Source: an uncultured Chloroflexia bacterium (GTDB lineage: Bacteria > Chloroflexota > Limnocylindria > Limnocylindrales > CSP1-4). Taken from it: 64,000 nt of DNA. Shown here piece by piece: positions 41,054-50,471 of this stretch. The stretch is taken from contig CAVRVI010000005.1 of NCBI GenBank assembly GCA_963724635.1, positions 41,040 to 105,039 on the forward strand, in the 5' to 3' direction. Made by a program: the position numbers and the translations under genes. How positions within the stretch are numbered: position 1 is the stretch's first letter; every line of letters starts with the position of its first letter. Under the pieces are notes generated by a model. That model ran no database searches. It was given only the letters and a program-made list of their open reading frames with translations, and was not told the DNA's origin.

Positions 41054-42044
41054 GATGGCGCCGGATGGTTGTGTGTACGATCGACGGGTGACGACATCGC
41101 CTTCTTTCGAGACCGACGCAGCCCGGCTCGGCCGCTTCCGGGCCGTCGTCGACGCCGTCCCGGGGACGATGTCGGTGGGCGAGTTGTTCGTCGGGACGAC
41201 CGAGGGCGCGGCCGCGCTGACGACCGACCGCCATCTCGTCTTCGATTGGGAGCTGCTCACGCGGTCCTGGTCGGCGTCCGCCATGGCGCGCGCACTGCGT
41301 CGTCGCGAGCGGGCGTTCCGGGCCGGCCGCTGGCCGACGGTCGTGCTCTCGAACCACGATCAGCCGCGACATGCCTCGCGCCTCGCCGCCTCGGTCGGGA
41401 TCGACGACCCCGCCCAGCAGGATGCGATCGCCCGGGCCGCCGCGGTCCTGATCCTGACCGTGCGCGGGACCCCGTTCCTCTATTACGGCGAGGAGCTGGG
41501 CATGGGGGACGTGGCGATCCCCTCAGGGGAGGGCATCGACCGCGCGGCCGACCGTGCGAGCGCCGAGTTCGTCTGGTGGGACCGGTCGCCGGCCCGGACG
41601 CCGATGCCGTGGACCTCGGGCGCGGGTGCTGGATTCTCCACAGCACGCCCGTGGCTGCGACTCGGACCCGACGCCGCGACGCGCAATGTCGCGGTCCAGC
41701 GCGACGACCCGGCGTCGATCTGGGCCGCCTACCGACGGGTGCTCGCCGTCCGCCGGTCGCAGCCGTCCCTCCAGGATGGGTCGCTGCACCTCGTGCGGAC
41801 CGGTGATCCGCGCGTGCTCGCCTTTCGACGCGTGGGATCCGGCCCGGAGGTGCTGGTCGCCATCGCCTTCGAGGCGGACGGTGGCGAGACCCGCTTGCCG
41901 CGACCCATCCTTGGCGGACGCTGGCGGCCGGTCGGCGGGTCGTGGCTCGAGCCATCCGCACCGATCGAGGACGGCCGGCGCCTTCGCCTTCGGGGTTTCG
42001 AGGCCGTGATCCTCGTCGCCGAGTCCGGGCGCGAGCGAGCTTGA
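41054..42044 (+). pseudogene. GH13 alpha-glucosidase/trehalose-synthase-like gene remnant (C-terminal 300 aa only)
   Basis: Only regions III and IV are present: the acid/base Glu in VGELFVG, VVLSNHDQPRHASRL and YYGEELGM. The region II nucleophile motif and the whole N-terminal catalytic barrel are absent. The fragment starts directly after the valS stop. Confidence 0.6.
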
Positions 42045-42112
42045 CCGCTGGGTGGTCGCCGGCCCCTGCTACCATGGCGGCCACCCAGAAACGATGTCCC
42101 GGGGAGGCCACC

Positions 42113-42877
42113 GTGCCGCTCGATTTCCTCAAGCGCAAGAACACCGGCGATGACGACGCGTCCCAGCCCGAAGCCGTGACGTCGGCCGCGACGCGTTCCG
42201 TCACGCTGCCGGAGGAGGTCGTCGCCCAGGATTTCCAGCTCAAGCTGTACTACGCGGGCAAGACCAGTGAGGGCGTGCGCATGCAGACCGGGCCGCAGGC
42301 CATGGTCGAGCTGCCATCCATGCTCGTCGGCCTTGCCAAGTCGGAGATCGAGCTCGTCGAGCCGTTGCCGATCGAGTTCAGTCAGGCGACGCCCACCATC
42401 GCCCGCCCGTCCGAGGCGATGCAATGGCTGAACGCCCATCACGTGCACTCGCCGATCACCCGGCACGCCCTCGTGGTCCTCGAGTCGCTCGACGCCGTCG
42501 ACCTCGCGTTCGACACGTTCGTCTGCTCGCTGCTGGACGGCGAGGTCGACACGAGCGGCTATCCCGAGTACAACGCCGTGGTCGGCGGGGTGGCGGCGCA
42601 CTGGGACGAGGCGACCGGCGACATGATCTGTCGCGCCGTGGTCGGCTGGGGCGGTCGCGGCGTCCGCGGCGACACCGATCGGATCGGCGCCAAGCTGCTG
42701 GCGGGCATCCTCACCAACGTGCTGGCCAACCAGTACGCGATGGGCCTGACGGCCGTGGAACGGCCCATGCCGGCCGCCGGGCGCGGTGGCCTGGTCTGCG
42801 CTCATTGCGGGTTCGCCTCGGCGCACGAGCGGGCGTTCTATTGCCCCAAGTGCGGCATGCGCCTGCTGCGCGGCTAG
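42113..42877 (+). CDS. Hypothetical protein with C-terminal zinc ribbon
   Basis: GGGGAGG lies 6 nt before the GTG start. The N-terminus is PLDFLKRK. The C-terminal CAHCG...YCPKCG forms a zinc ribbon. Confidence 0.5.
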   Translation: MPLDFLKRKNTGDDDASQPEAVTSAATRSVTLPEEVVAQDFQLKLYYAGKTSEGVRMQTGPQAMVELPSMLVGLAKSEIELVEPLPIEFSQATPTIARPSEAMQWLNAHHVHSPITRHALVVLESLDAVDLAFDTFVCSLLDGEVDTSGYPEYNAVVGGVAAHWDEATGDMICRAVVGWGGRGVRGDTDRIGAKLLAGILTNVLANQYAMGLTAVERPMPAAGRGGLVCAHCGFASAHERAFYCPKCGMRLLRG

Positions 42878-42894
42878 TCGAAGGTCGCGCCGGC

Positions 42895-43320
42895 GTGCCC
42901 CTCTACGACTACGACTGCGCCGCCTGCGGGACCCGGTTCGAGGTCATCCACGGGGTCCACGCGGACTCGCCGACGACCTGCCCGGTCTGCGGCAAGGGCC
43001 CCATCAAGAAGGCGTTCACCCCGCCCACCATCCATTTCAAGGGGTCGGGCTGGGCCAAGAAGGAGCGGCGGGCGTCGAGCGCCTCGAGCTCCAAGAGTCG
43101 CGGCGGCGAGTCCGGATCGGGATCGTCGAGTGGTGATGGCGGGTCCGGAACGGACAGCGGCTCCGGCGGCAAGGACGGCGCCAAGGACGGCGGCTCGAGC
43201 GGCTCGAGCGAAGGTGGCAGCCCGGGTAGCGACAGCGGGACCGCGGCCGCAAGCGCGTCCACGGCGAGCACCTCGTCGTCCTCCTCGTCCTCGTCATCCT
43301 CGGGCTCGTCCGGGGACTGA
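42895..43320 (+). CDS. FmdB-family zinc-ribbon protein with Ser/Gly-rich tail
   Basis: MPLYDYDCAACGTRFE...CPVCG matches the FmdB zinc-ribbon pattern. The low-complexity C-terminal half is rich in S, G and D. Confidence 0.6.
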   Translation: MPLYDYDCAACGTRFEVIHGVHADSPTTCPVCGKGPIKKAFTPPTIHFKGSGWAKKERRASSASSSKSRGGESGSGSSSGDGGSGTDSGSGGKDGAKDGGSSGSSEGGSPGSDSGTAAASASTASTSSSSSSSSSSGSSGD

Positions 43321-43322
43321 CG

Positions 43323-43562
43323 ATGGCCGGCGCCGCTGACTGGATCACCCTCGGCGAGGCGCAGGAGCTGCTCGCCTCGGTCAACGTCCACTTCACGACG
43401 TCGACCATCGGAGCCTGGGCGCGGGCCGGCCGCCTGCAGAGCATCAAGCTGGGCGGGCGTCGCTACGTACGTCGCGGTGAGGTGCGAGCGCTCGTCGCCG
43501 CCCCACGACGCGTGCCGGCCGACGCGGTCCAGGCGAGCCTGTTCGAGGACCTGCGGGACTGA
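43323..43562 (+). CDS. Helix-turn-helix DNA-binding protein (excisionase/MerR-like family)
   Basis: The ORF is 79 aa. WITLGEAQELLASVNVHFTTSTIGAWARAGRLQSIK fits an HTH fold. Confidence 0.55.
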   Translation: MAGAADWITLGEAQELLASVNVHFTTSTIGAWARAGRLQSIKLGGRRYVRRGEVRALVAAPRRVPADAVQASLFEDLRD

Positions 43563-43570
43563 CCCGCACG

Positions 43571-44479
43571 ATGGATCCGGCCGCGATCCTGGAACGGGTG
43601 CTCGACGAGCCCAGGGTCGCCTACGTTCGTGAGGTGCTCGACACCTACGGCCGGGCGGCCGGGGGCCTGCTCGCGAACGGCCTCGCCTTCTCGGCACTCT
43701 TCGCGGTCATCCCGATCGCGCTCGTGACGCTGGGTGTCGCAGGCATCATCGCCGGGGACAGTCAAGTGCAGGCGGCGCTCGCCGCGGCGCTCGCCGATGT
43801 CTTCCCGCCGCTCGCTGATCTCATCGAGGGCGCCCTTGCCGCGCTCTCGAGCGGCGCCGCCGCGGCGTCGATCCTCGGGTTCATCGGTCTCGTCTGGACC
43901 GTCAGCCAGTTCTACGTGACGCTCGACGTCGCCTTCGCCCGGATCTTCTCGGCGGAGCCGGAACGGGATGTGTTCCGGCGGACCGCCCGCGGGCTGGTCT
44001 GGGTCGCGATCCTGATCACGGTGGTCATCGCGCTGATCGTGCTGGGATCGGTCGCCATCGCCTTCGACTCGCTCGTCCCGGGCAAGGTCCCGATCACCGG
44101 GACCATCGTCCGGATCCTGACGTCACTCCCGGCCCTCATCGCGCTGACCATCGGGGTCGTCGCGGTCCTCTACCGGGTCGTGCCGCCGCGCTCACCGGGC
44201 TGGCGGACGGTGCTCTTGCCGGCAGCGATCGCCGGGGTGGTGATCGTGCTGCTCAGCCAGCTGTTCATGTTCCTGGCACCGCGCCTGGTCGGGGTCGCTG
44301 CCCTGGCGGGATCGCTCGCGACGGCGTTCATCGCCCTCGCCTGGTTGTCGTTCACGTTCCAGGCGCTCCTGTATGGCGCGTCCTGGGTCCGTGTCCGCGA
44401 CGACCACGTCCGGGCGGCGGTGGCGTCAGCCCTGGCGGGTCCCGCAGCGGCGGCAGAACCGGGCAGTGGCGGAGAGTGA
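43571..44479 (+). CDS. YihY/BrkB family inner-membrane protein
   Basis: The ORF is 302 aa with six TM helices. The N-terminal cytoplasmic part and conserved GLAFSALFAVIP are typical of YihY. Confidence 0.7.
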   Translation: MDPAAILERVLDEPRVAYVREVLDTYGRAAGGLLANGLAFSALFAVIPIALVTLGVAGIIAGDSQVQAALAAALADVFPPLADLIEGALAALSSGAAAASILGFIGLVWTVSQFYVTLDVAFARIFSAEPERDVFRRTARGLVWVAILITVVIALIVLGSVAIAFDSLVPGKVPITGTIVRILTSLPALIALTIGVVAVLYRVVPPRSPGWRTVLLPAAIAGVVIVLLSQLFMFLAPRLVGVAALAGSLATAFIALAWLSFTFQALLYGASWVRVRDDHVRAAVASALAGPAAAAEPGSGGE

Positions 44480-46087
44480 CAGCCCGCAGCTGATGCAGGG
44501 GGCGACCCCGGTCGTGGGGCGGGCTGCGGCGGCCGGCGTCGGCGCCGCACTCGTGACCTCGCGCGCGGACTCGGCCCAGAGCGACTCGAGACCACCGGTC
44601 GGCGCGGACGGTCGACCCAGGAACGGCAGGCCGGCGGCGGGTCGCTGGCTGGGCCACTCGGGCTGGGCGGGCCACTGCGGTTCGCCGGTCGGTGCGTTCG
44701 CCGGGGCCGGGACGTCTGGCGCGGGGAGGCCATCCGCGGTCGGAGCCTCCGGGGCGACGACCTGCCAGGTCGGCTGGGGCACGATATCGACCGGGGGAAC
44801 CGGTGCGGCCTCGGCAGCGACAGGCTCTGGGGCGGCCGGCGGGCTCGCCGGCGCGGCCTCGGCGGCGATCGGCGCGGGTGCGACCGGCTCGGCCGGGATC
44901 GGCGCGGCCGGGATCGGCGCGGCAGCGACAGGCTCTGGGGCGGCCGGCGGGCTCGCCGGCGCGGCCTCGGCGGCGATCGGCGCGGGTGCGACCGGCGCGG
45001 GTGCGACCGGCTCGGCCGGGATCGGCGCCGGTGCTTGCGCCGGGGGCGCTTCGTGGACGACCGGCGCCACGATGGCGGCCGCGGCGATGGCCTCGACGAC
45101 GAGTTCGGCACGGCTCGGCGCGGGTTCGTCCGGCGTCGCCTTCGCGGCCACCGGTTCCGGGGCGTCCACGACGGGCGGCATGGCCGTGGTCGGGCTGGCT
45201 TCGGCGGCGGCCTGCTCGCGCTCGTAGGCGGCGATCTCGTCATCCAGGCTCTGGCCGGGGCGGAAGCGGCGGAACATCGCGCTGGTCTGGCTCGCGGCAG
45301 CGGCCGCGCGGCCGTCGACATCGGCTGGATCGATGGCCGCGATCGCGCCCGCCGTCGGAGCGGCGACGTCGTCGGCGGCAGCCACGGGCGGTTCGGCGGC
45401 AGCGACGGGTGGTTCGACGACGGCCGCCTCCGCTGCGACCGGTTCGATCGCGACCCGTTCTATCGCGGCCGGTTCGACGGGCTCCGCCGCGTCGGCTCCG
45501 AACGCACCCAGGGCCGCCAGGCGGGCGGTGGCGTCGATCTGCTCCAGCGGCTCCATGTCCGACACCGCGGCGATCTCGGGTTCGGGCTCAGGCTCGGGCT
45601 CGGCCTCGGCCTCGCGCATGAGATCTGAGGTCGGCCAGGCCATCGCCGTCAACGCCGCCATCGCGTCGTCGTGGCCATTGGCACCGTTCGCGCCGTTGGT
45701 GCCGTTGCTCAGCTGGATCCCGGCGGTCGCATCGAGGTCCGGGAACGGGGCCGGCATGATCTCGTGGCCGAGGTGCGGCGAGCACGACAGACACTGGCCC
45801 TCCGTCTCGTTCCAGCAGTTGCCGCATGTGTACTGGCGGCAGCTCATGCAGAAGTTGAACGTCTTGTGGAAGGCGTCGAGCTGTTGGGACGTCGCCTCGC
45901 GATCCGTTTCGCTGCGCGCCGCGGCCATCGCCTCGTCCATGGACGTGTCGTCCGACATGACGAAGTTCTTGAGACCGCGGGACATGACCCTGATGCCCTT
46001 GAGGCGGGCAGCGCGCGGGGCAGCCGATTCGAACGTGTAGCGCGTGCCACACCGTTCGCAGAAGGATTCGGTCAGGATCTCGGGCAT
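44426..46087 (-). CDS. Multi-zinc-ribbon protein with long Ala/Pro-rich repetitive linker
   Basis: The N-terminus has CERCG and CMSCRQYTCGNCW...CLSC. The C-terminus has CISCG...FCRRCG. The middle region is about 60% Ala plus Pro and contains 36-aa tandem repeats. The gene is divergent from fhaA. Confidence 0.55.
   Translation of the reverse strand: MPEILTESFCERCGTRYTFESAAPRAARLKGIRVMSRGLKNFVMSDDTSMDEAMAAARSETDREATSQQLDAFHKTFNFCMSCRQYTCGNCWNETEGQCLSCSPHLGHEIMPAPFPDLDATAGIQLSNGTNGANGANGHDDAMAALTAMAWPTSDLMREAEAEPEPEPEPEIAAVSDMEPLEQIDATARLAALGAFGADAAEPVEPAAIERVAIEPVAAEAAVVEPPVAAAEPPVAAADDVAAPTAGAIAAIDPADVDGRAAAAASQTSAMFRRFRPGQSLDDEIAAYEREQAAAEASPTTAMPPVVDAPEPVAAKATPDEPAPSRAELVVEAIAAAAIVAPVVHEAPPAQAPAPIPAEPVAPAPVAPAPIAAEAAPASPPAAPEPVAAAPIPAAPIPAEPVAPAPIAAEAAPASPPAAPEPVAAEAAPVPPVDIVPQPTWQVVAPEAPTADGLPAPDVPAPANAPTGEPQWPAQPEWPSQRPAAGLPFLGRPSAPTGGLESLWAESAREVTSAAPTPAAAARPTTGVAPCISCGLSLSATARFCRRCGTRQG
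44814..45035. repeat. Tandem direct repeat (2 x 108 bp, second unit with 15-bp internal duplication) inside the Ala/Pro-rich zinc-ribbon gene
   Basis: The unit beginning gcagcgacaggctctggggcggccggcgggctcgccggcgcggcctcggcggcgatcggcgcgggtgcgaccgg occurs at about 44814 and again at about 44922. Confidence 0.7.
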
Positions 46088-46289
46088 CAGGCCCCCGGGG
46101 CAGGGTCGCTGGACGTGTTCGGAGACGGTCCCCGAACAGGTTCGAGAGTATACCCCCACCCTCCCAGCGCACCTCGGACGGGGGTACCGACGCAACGGCG
46201 CGGATGGTCCGGGGCGCGAACCCGCGACAGCGCCCCGGACGGTGTCGAAAGGCTCTCGGCGGACCCTCTGCTAGACTCCCCGACCGACC

Positions 46290-47099
46290 ATGCCGCCGCT
46301 CACCGCCATCGAGCGGTTCTTCGAACGACTCTTCGAGCGACCGTCCGCGCGCCTGTTCCGCGCACGCCTCCAGCCGGTCCAGCTCCAGCGCCGGATCGAG
46401 CGTGCGATGGAGGCCGAACGGCTGGCCGCGGCCGACCGAACGCTCGTCCCGAACCGGTTCGTGGTCCACCTCAACCCGTCCGATCTCGCGGCGTTCGGCG
46501 ACATGACCACCTCCCTGGCCTCCGAGCTCGCGGACGGGGCCCTGCTCTTCGCGCGCTCGCGCCACTACACGCTCGTGGACCGGCCGCGGGTGGACCTCCT
46601 CGCCGATCCCACCGTGGAGCGCTCCGATATCCGCGTGATCGCCCGCTTCGCCGACCCGATCGCGGGTCGCGAACGGCGCGACCTGGACGCCGTCGCCGCC
46701 GCCAACGGTCAGGTCGCCACGGTCGATGGCGACGACCGGTACGGCACGGGCGGCCCCAGCGACACGATGGTCTTCACGGTGCCGCGACCGACGGCTCCGC
46801 GCGCCCGCCTCCGCGTCGTCGATGTCGCCGGCGGCCAGCGGATCTGCGAGTTCGACGGGTCGTCGCTCACGATCGGCCGTGCCGCCGACAACGACCTCGT
46901 CCTGCCCGACGGTCGAGTGTCCCGGCATCACGCGCGCCTGACGGGCCGGCGCGGCACCCTGGTCTATTCCGACCTGGGCAGCACCAATGGCTCCAAGGTG
47001 AACGGCGTGAGCGTAGGCGAGCTCGTGCTTGGCGCGAACGACCGGATCGAGCTGGGCGACACGAACATCGTGGTCGAGGTGGCCGGGGACGTCACCTGA
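46290..47099 (+). CDS. fhaA: FHA-domain protein FhaA-like (DUF3662 N-terminus + C-terminal FHA)
   Basis: The N-terminus is FERLFERPSARLF. The C-terminal FHA domain contains LTIGRAADNDLVL...VSRHHARL...DLGSTNGSKVNG. Confidence 0.75.
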   Translation: MPPLTAIERFFERLFERPSARLFRARLQPVQLQRRIERAMEAERLAAADRTLVPNRFVVHLNPSDLAAFGDMTTSLASELADGALLFARSRHYTLVDRPRVDLLADPTVERSDIRVIARFADPIAGRERRDLDAVAAANGQVATVDGDDRYGTGGPSDTMVFTVPRPTAPRARLRVVDVAGGQRICEFDGSSLTIGRAADNDLVLPDGRVSRHHARLTGRRGTLVYSDLGSTNGSKVNGVSVGELVLGANDRIELGDTNIVVEVAGDVT

Positions 47100-47101
47100 C
47101 G

Positions 47102-47542
47102 ATGGATGGCTTCCTGCTCGTCGTCTGGGTCGTTCGGATCCTGTTCCTGGTCCTGCTCTATGTCTTCCTCTACCGCATCATCCGTGCCCTGCTCCGCGAC
47201 CTGCGCATCGCGGCCCGGGAGCCTGGGACCTCGCTGGGACGGCTCGTCGTCGTTGCGTCCCCGTCGGGTGAGCCGGGTGCCGGTCGCTCCTTCGACCTCG
47301 ATGCCATCACGACCCTCGGTCGGGACGTGAACAATGCGATCGTCATCGAGGACCCCTTCGCCTCGTCCGAGCACGCGGTCCTGACCTACCGCGGCCGTGG
47401 CTGGTACGTCGAGGACCTCGGCAGCACCAACGGCACATTCGTCAACGGTCGGGTGGTCGCGGCCGTGGCTCCGCTGGGCTTCGGCGACGAGATCGCCATC
47501 GGCCAGGTCCGATTGCGGCTCGAACGGGCGCGGGCCGCATGA
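47102..47542 (+). CDS. fhaB: FHA-domain membrane protein FhaB/FipA-like
   Basis: An N-terminal TM helix precedes an FHA domain reading TTLGRDVNNAIVIEDPFASSEHAVL...DLGSTNGTFVNG. Confidence 0.7.
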   Translation: MDGFLLVVWVVRILFLVLLYVFLYRIIRALLRDLRIAAREPGTSLGRLVVVASPSGEPGAGRSFDLDAITTLGRDVNNAIVIEDPFASSEHAVLTYRGRGWYVEDLGSTNGTFVNGRVVAAVAPLGFGDEIAIGQVRLRLERARAA

Positions 47543-48978
47543 CGGCCGGCTCGGCCGGATCGGCCGGCGTCGCGCGTCCGGCGTTGCCCGGCATCCTGGC
47601 CCCGATCCGGCCGCGGATGCGCTGGACGGAGACGAAGCTGCTCGCCCTCGTGGCGGTCGCCCTGCTGGTCGGCAGCGTCTCACTGGGGCTCACGCTGACC
47701 GGCGACCTCGCGCCCTACGACACGCGCGGCCTCGCCATCTACCTCGCCGCGCTCGGCATCGCCCACCTCGCCCAGATCCTGGCCGGGCGCCGCTCGGACC
47801 AGGTCCTGCTGCCGGTCGTGGGCATGCTGGGCGGGATCTCGCTGCTCCTCATGCAACGGCTTCCCCAGGACCTGGTCACGATGGACCTCGGCTCGACCCA
47901 GCTCGGCCTGGGCGAAGTGCAGCTGCTGTGGCTCGTGCTCGCGATCGCCATCGCGACGACGCTCGGCATCGTGGTCCGCTCGGACAGCTGGCTGCGTCGC
48001 TACAAGTACACCTGGGCGGCGCTGGGGATCGGCCTGCTGCTGCTGACCTTCGTGCTCGGGGCGGACGTGGGTGGCCAGCGGCTGACCCTGCGGATCGGCC
48101 CGTTCAGCGGACAGCCGTCGGAGCTCCTCAAGGTGATCCTCGTCATCTTCCTGGCCGGCTATCTCTCCGAGAACCGGCCACTGCTCATCGAGCAGGACAC
48201 CCGGCTGGGACCGTTCCGGCTGCCGCCGCTGCCCTACCTCGCGCCGATGGTCGCGATGTGGGCGATCGCGCTGGGGATCGTCGTCGTCCAGCGCGACCTC
48301 GGGGCTGCCCTGCTGTTCTTCGCGGTCTTCCTGGCGCTGACCTACGCCGCGACGGGCCGTCTCAGCCTGGTCGTCATCGGCCTCGTCCTGTTCCTGGTGG
48401 GCAGCGCGGTCATGGCCAACCTGTTCGAGCACGTGGGAGCGCGCGTGGCGATCTGGCTGGATCCGTTCGCGGATCCCCTGGGCGACGGCTATCAGATCGT
48501 GCAGTCGCTCCATGCGTTCGCGCGGGGCGGACTCCTGGGCATGGGCCTGGGCAATGGCCTGCCCGAAGTCGGCGGCCGGATGCCCATCCCGGAGGTGCAC
48601 ACGGACTTCCCGCTGGCGGCGCTCGGGGAGGAGCTCGGGCTGGTGGGGGTCGTCGCGATCCTGGGCCTGTTCCTCGTGGTCGTCGAACGCGGCCTGCGGA
48701 TCGGCGCCTCGGCGGCAGATGACTTCCGGTCCATCCTCGCGACGGGCCTGGCCCTGGTGATCGGGGTCCAGGCGTTCATCATCGCGGCCGGCAACCTCAA
48801 GGTGCTGCCGCTGACCGGCGTGACGCTGCCGTTCATCAGCTACGGCGGCTCATCCCTCCTGGCCAACGCCGTCGTGGTGGGCCTGCTGCTGGCCCTCTCG
48901 GACAAGGGCGTGGAACCGCCGCCCCCACCATCGACGCGTCAGCCGTGGCGCTCCCGCTGGCGTCGGGGCGCGGCCTGA
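47539..48978 (+). CDS. rodA: SEDS-family peptidoglycan glycosyltransferase RodA/FtsW
   Basis: A 10-TM SEDS protein containing PSELLKV, DLGAALLF and FISYGGSS. An ATGA overlap links it to fhaB. Confidence 0.8.
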   Translation: MTAGSAGSAGVARPALPGILAPIRPRMRWTETKLLALVAVALLVGSVSLGLTLTGDLAPYDTRGLAIYLAALGIAHLAQILAGRRSDQVLLPVVGMLGGISLLLMQRLPQDLVTMDLGSTQLGLGEVQLLWLVLAIAIATTLGIVVRSDSWLRRYKYTWAALGIGLLLLTFVLGADVGGQRLTLRIGPFSGQPSELLKVILVIFLAGYLSENRPLLIEQDTRLGPFRLPPLPYLAPMVAMWAIALGIVVVQRDLGAALLFFAVFLALTYAATGRLSLVVIGLVLFLVGSAVMANLFEHVGARVAIWLDPFADPLGDGYQIVQSLHAFARGGLLGMGLGNGLPEVGGRMPIPEVHTDFPLAALGEELGLVGVVAILGLFLVVVERGLRIGASAADDFRSILATGLALVIGVQAFIIAAGNLKVLPLTGVTLPFISYGGSSLLANAVVVGLLLALSDKGVEPPPPPSTRQPWRSRWRRGAA

Positions 48979-50471
48979 TGCTCAGCCCGTCGTCGCGTCG
49001 CCGGCCGCTGGGCCGGACCATCGTCCACGTCGCGCTCGTCCTGTCGCTCGCGTTCGGGACGCTGGCCGCCGCCGCCGGGTATTGGGCGATCGTGAAGGCC
49101 CCGGAGCTGGTGCGCTCCGCGAACGACCCGGCGGTCATCGCGGCGGCCCGGACCGTGCCCCGCGGCGCGATCCTGGACCGGGACGGCGAGACGCTGGCCA
49201 GCAACAAGAAGGACAGGAACGGGGAGTCGTACCGGGTCTATCCGAGCCGGGCGGTCAGCCAGGTCGTCGGCTACGCCTCCACGCGCTACGGGCGCGCCGG
49301 CCTCGAACTCGCCTACGACGCCGAGCTGGCCGGGCTCGCGGGCGACCCGATGACCGACATGTTCCGCAAGTTCCTCGCCGAGCCCTACGACCCCAAGGAC
49401 CTGACCCTCGCCCTGTCGCTCGACCTGCAGAAGGCGGCGGTCAAGGCGCTGGGCGACCAGCGCGGCGCGATCGTCATGCTCGATCCGGCGACGGGAGAGG
49501 TCCTCGCCCTGGCGTCCACGCCGACCTACGATGCCTCCGCCATCGCCGACCCCGAGACCTCGCAGGAGGCGTTCGAGGCGTTGCTGGCGGACGAGCGCCA
49601 ACCGCTCCTCCCGCGGGCGACTCTGGGCCGCTACGTGCCCGGGTCCGTGTTCAAGATCGTCACCGCGATCGCCGGCCTGGGTTCCGGCGCCGTCTCGCCG
49701 GACACGACCTACGAGCAGCAGCCCGGCGCCGAGAAGAAGGGTCTCGTCGTCGACGGGTTCCGCATCAGGGACGGCCACCATCCCGAGACCGGCGAGACGG
49801 CCCTCGACCTGATCGGGGCGACGGAGGCCTCCTGCAACATCTGGTACGCCCTGACCGGGCTCCAGATCGGCGGCGCCGATCTCGTCGACTACGCCGCTCG
49901 GCTCGGCTTCGGGGCGCCGATCCCGTTCGACCTGCCGACCGCGGTCTCGCAGGTCACCAACGGCACGGGCGACGCCCCCGGCGGCTTCAAGGACGACGTG
50001 GAACTCGCGAACGCGTCCTACGGCCAGGCCGAGACGTTCGTGACGCCGCTCCAGATGGCCCTGGTCGCGAGCACGGTCGCCAACGGCGGCGAGCTCATGA
50101 AACCGCGTCTCGTCACGGCCATCACCGGCCGCAGCGGCACCCGCGAGCTCGGGCCCGAGACGCTCCGTCGCGTGATCGATCGCGAGGACGCCGCGGCCAT
50201 CACCGACGCGATGGTCCAGGCTGTGCAGGGCGATCTCGGGCAGCGGTTCACGGCCGGCGCCAAGGTCCCGGGCGTGACGACCGCCGGCAAGTCGGGGACG
50301 GCTGAACTGGGCGGCTCCGGTGAGCCACACTCCTGGTTCATCGGGTTCGCGCCGGCGGAGGCACCCAAGGTCGCGATCGCGGTGATCGTCGAGCAGGGTG
50401 GTCGCGGCGGCGAGGTCGCCTCGCCGATCGCGGGCGACCTGATGACCCGCTACCTGGAGTCGATCCGATGA
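48978..50471 (+). CDS. pbpA: Class B penicillin-binding protein (PbpA-like transpeptidase)
   Basis: The ORF has a TM anchor and a dimerisation domain. The SxxK motif is in GSVFK, SxN is in SCN and KTG is in KSGTA. It overlaps rodA as TGATG. Confidence 0.8.
   Translation: MLSPSSRRRPLGRTIVHVALVLSLAFGTLAAAAGYWAIVKAPELVRSANDPAVIAAARTVPRGAILDRDGETLASNKKDRNGESYRVYPSRAVSQVVGYASTRYGRAGLELAYDAELAGLAGDPMTDMFRKFLAEPYDPKDLTLALSLDLQKAAVKALGDQRGAIVMLDPATGEVLALASTPTYDASAIADPETSQEAFEALLADERQPLLPRATLGRYVPGSVFKIVTAIAGLGSGAVSPDTTYEQQPGAEKKGLVVDGFRIRDGHHPETGETALDLIGATEASCNIWYALTGLQIGGADLVDYAARLGFGAPIPFDLPTAVSQVTNGTGDAPGGFKDDVELANASYGQAETFVTPLQMALVASTVANGGELMKPRLVTAITGRSGTRELGPETLRRVIDREDAAAITDAMVQAVQGDLGQRFTAGAKVPGVTTAGKSGTAELGGSGEPHSWFIGFAPAEAPKVAIAVIVEQGGRGGEVASPIAGDLMTRYLESIR

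Noticed and set aside
39650-41284. 544-aa minus-strand ORF over valS
   Set aside because: It is antisense to valS with a spurious composition.
32450-44000. Prophage remnant suggested by a holin-like gene and an excisionase-family HTH protein
   Set aside because: The two genes are 10 kb apart and separated by tig-clpP-clpX-valS. There is no integrase, capsid, terminase or tail gene and no att-like repeats. Holin-X-like proteins are common chromosomal genes in Actinobacteria.
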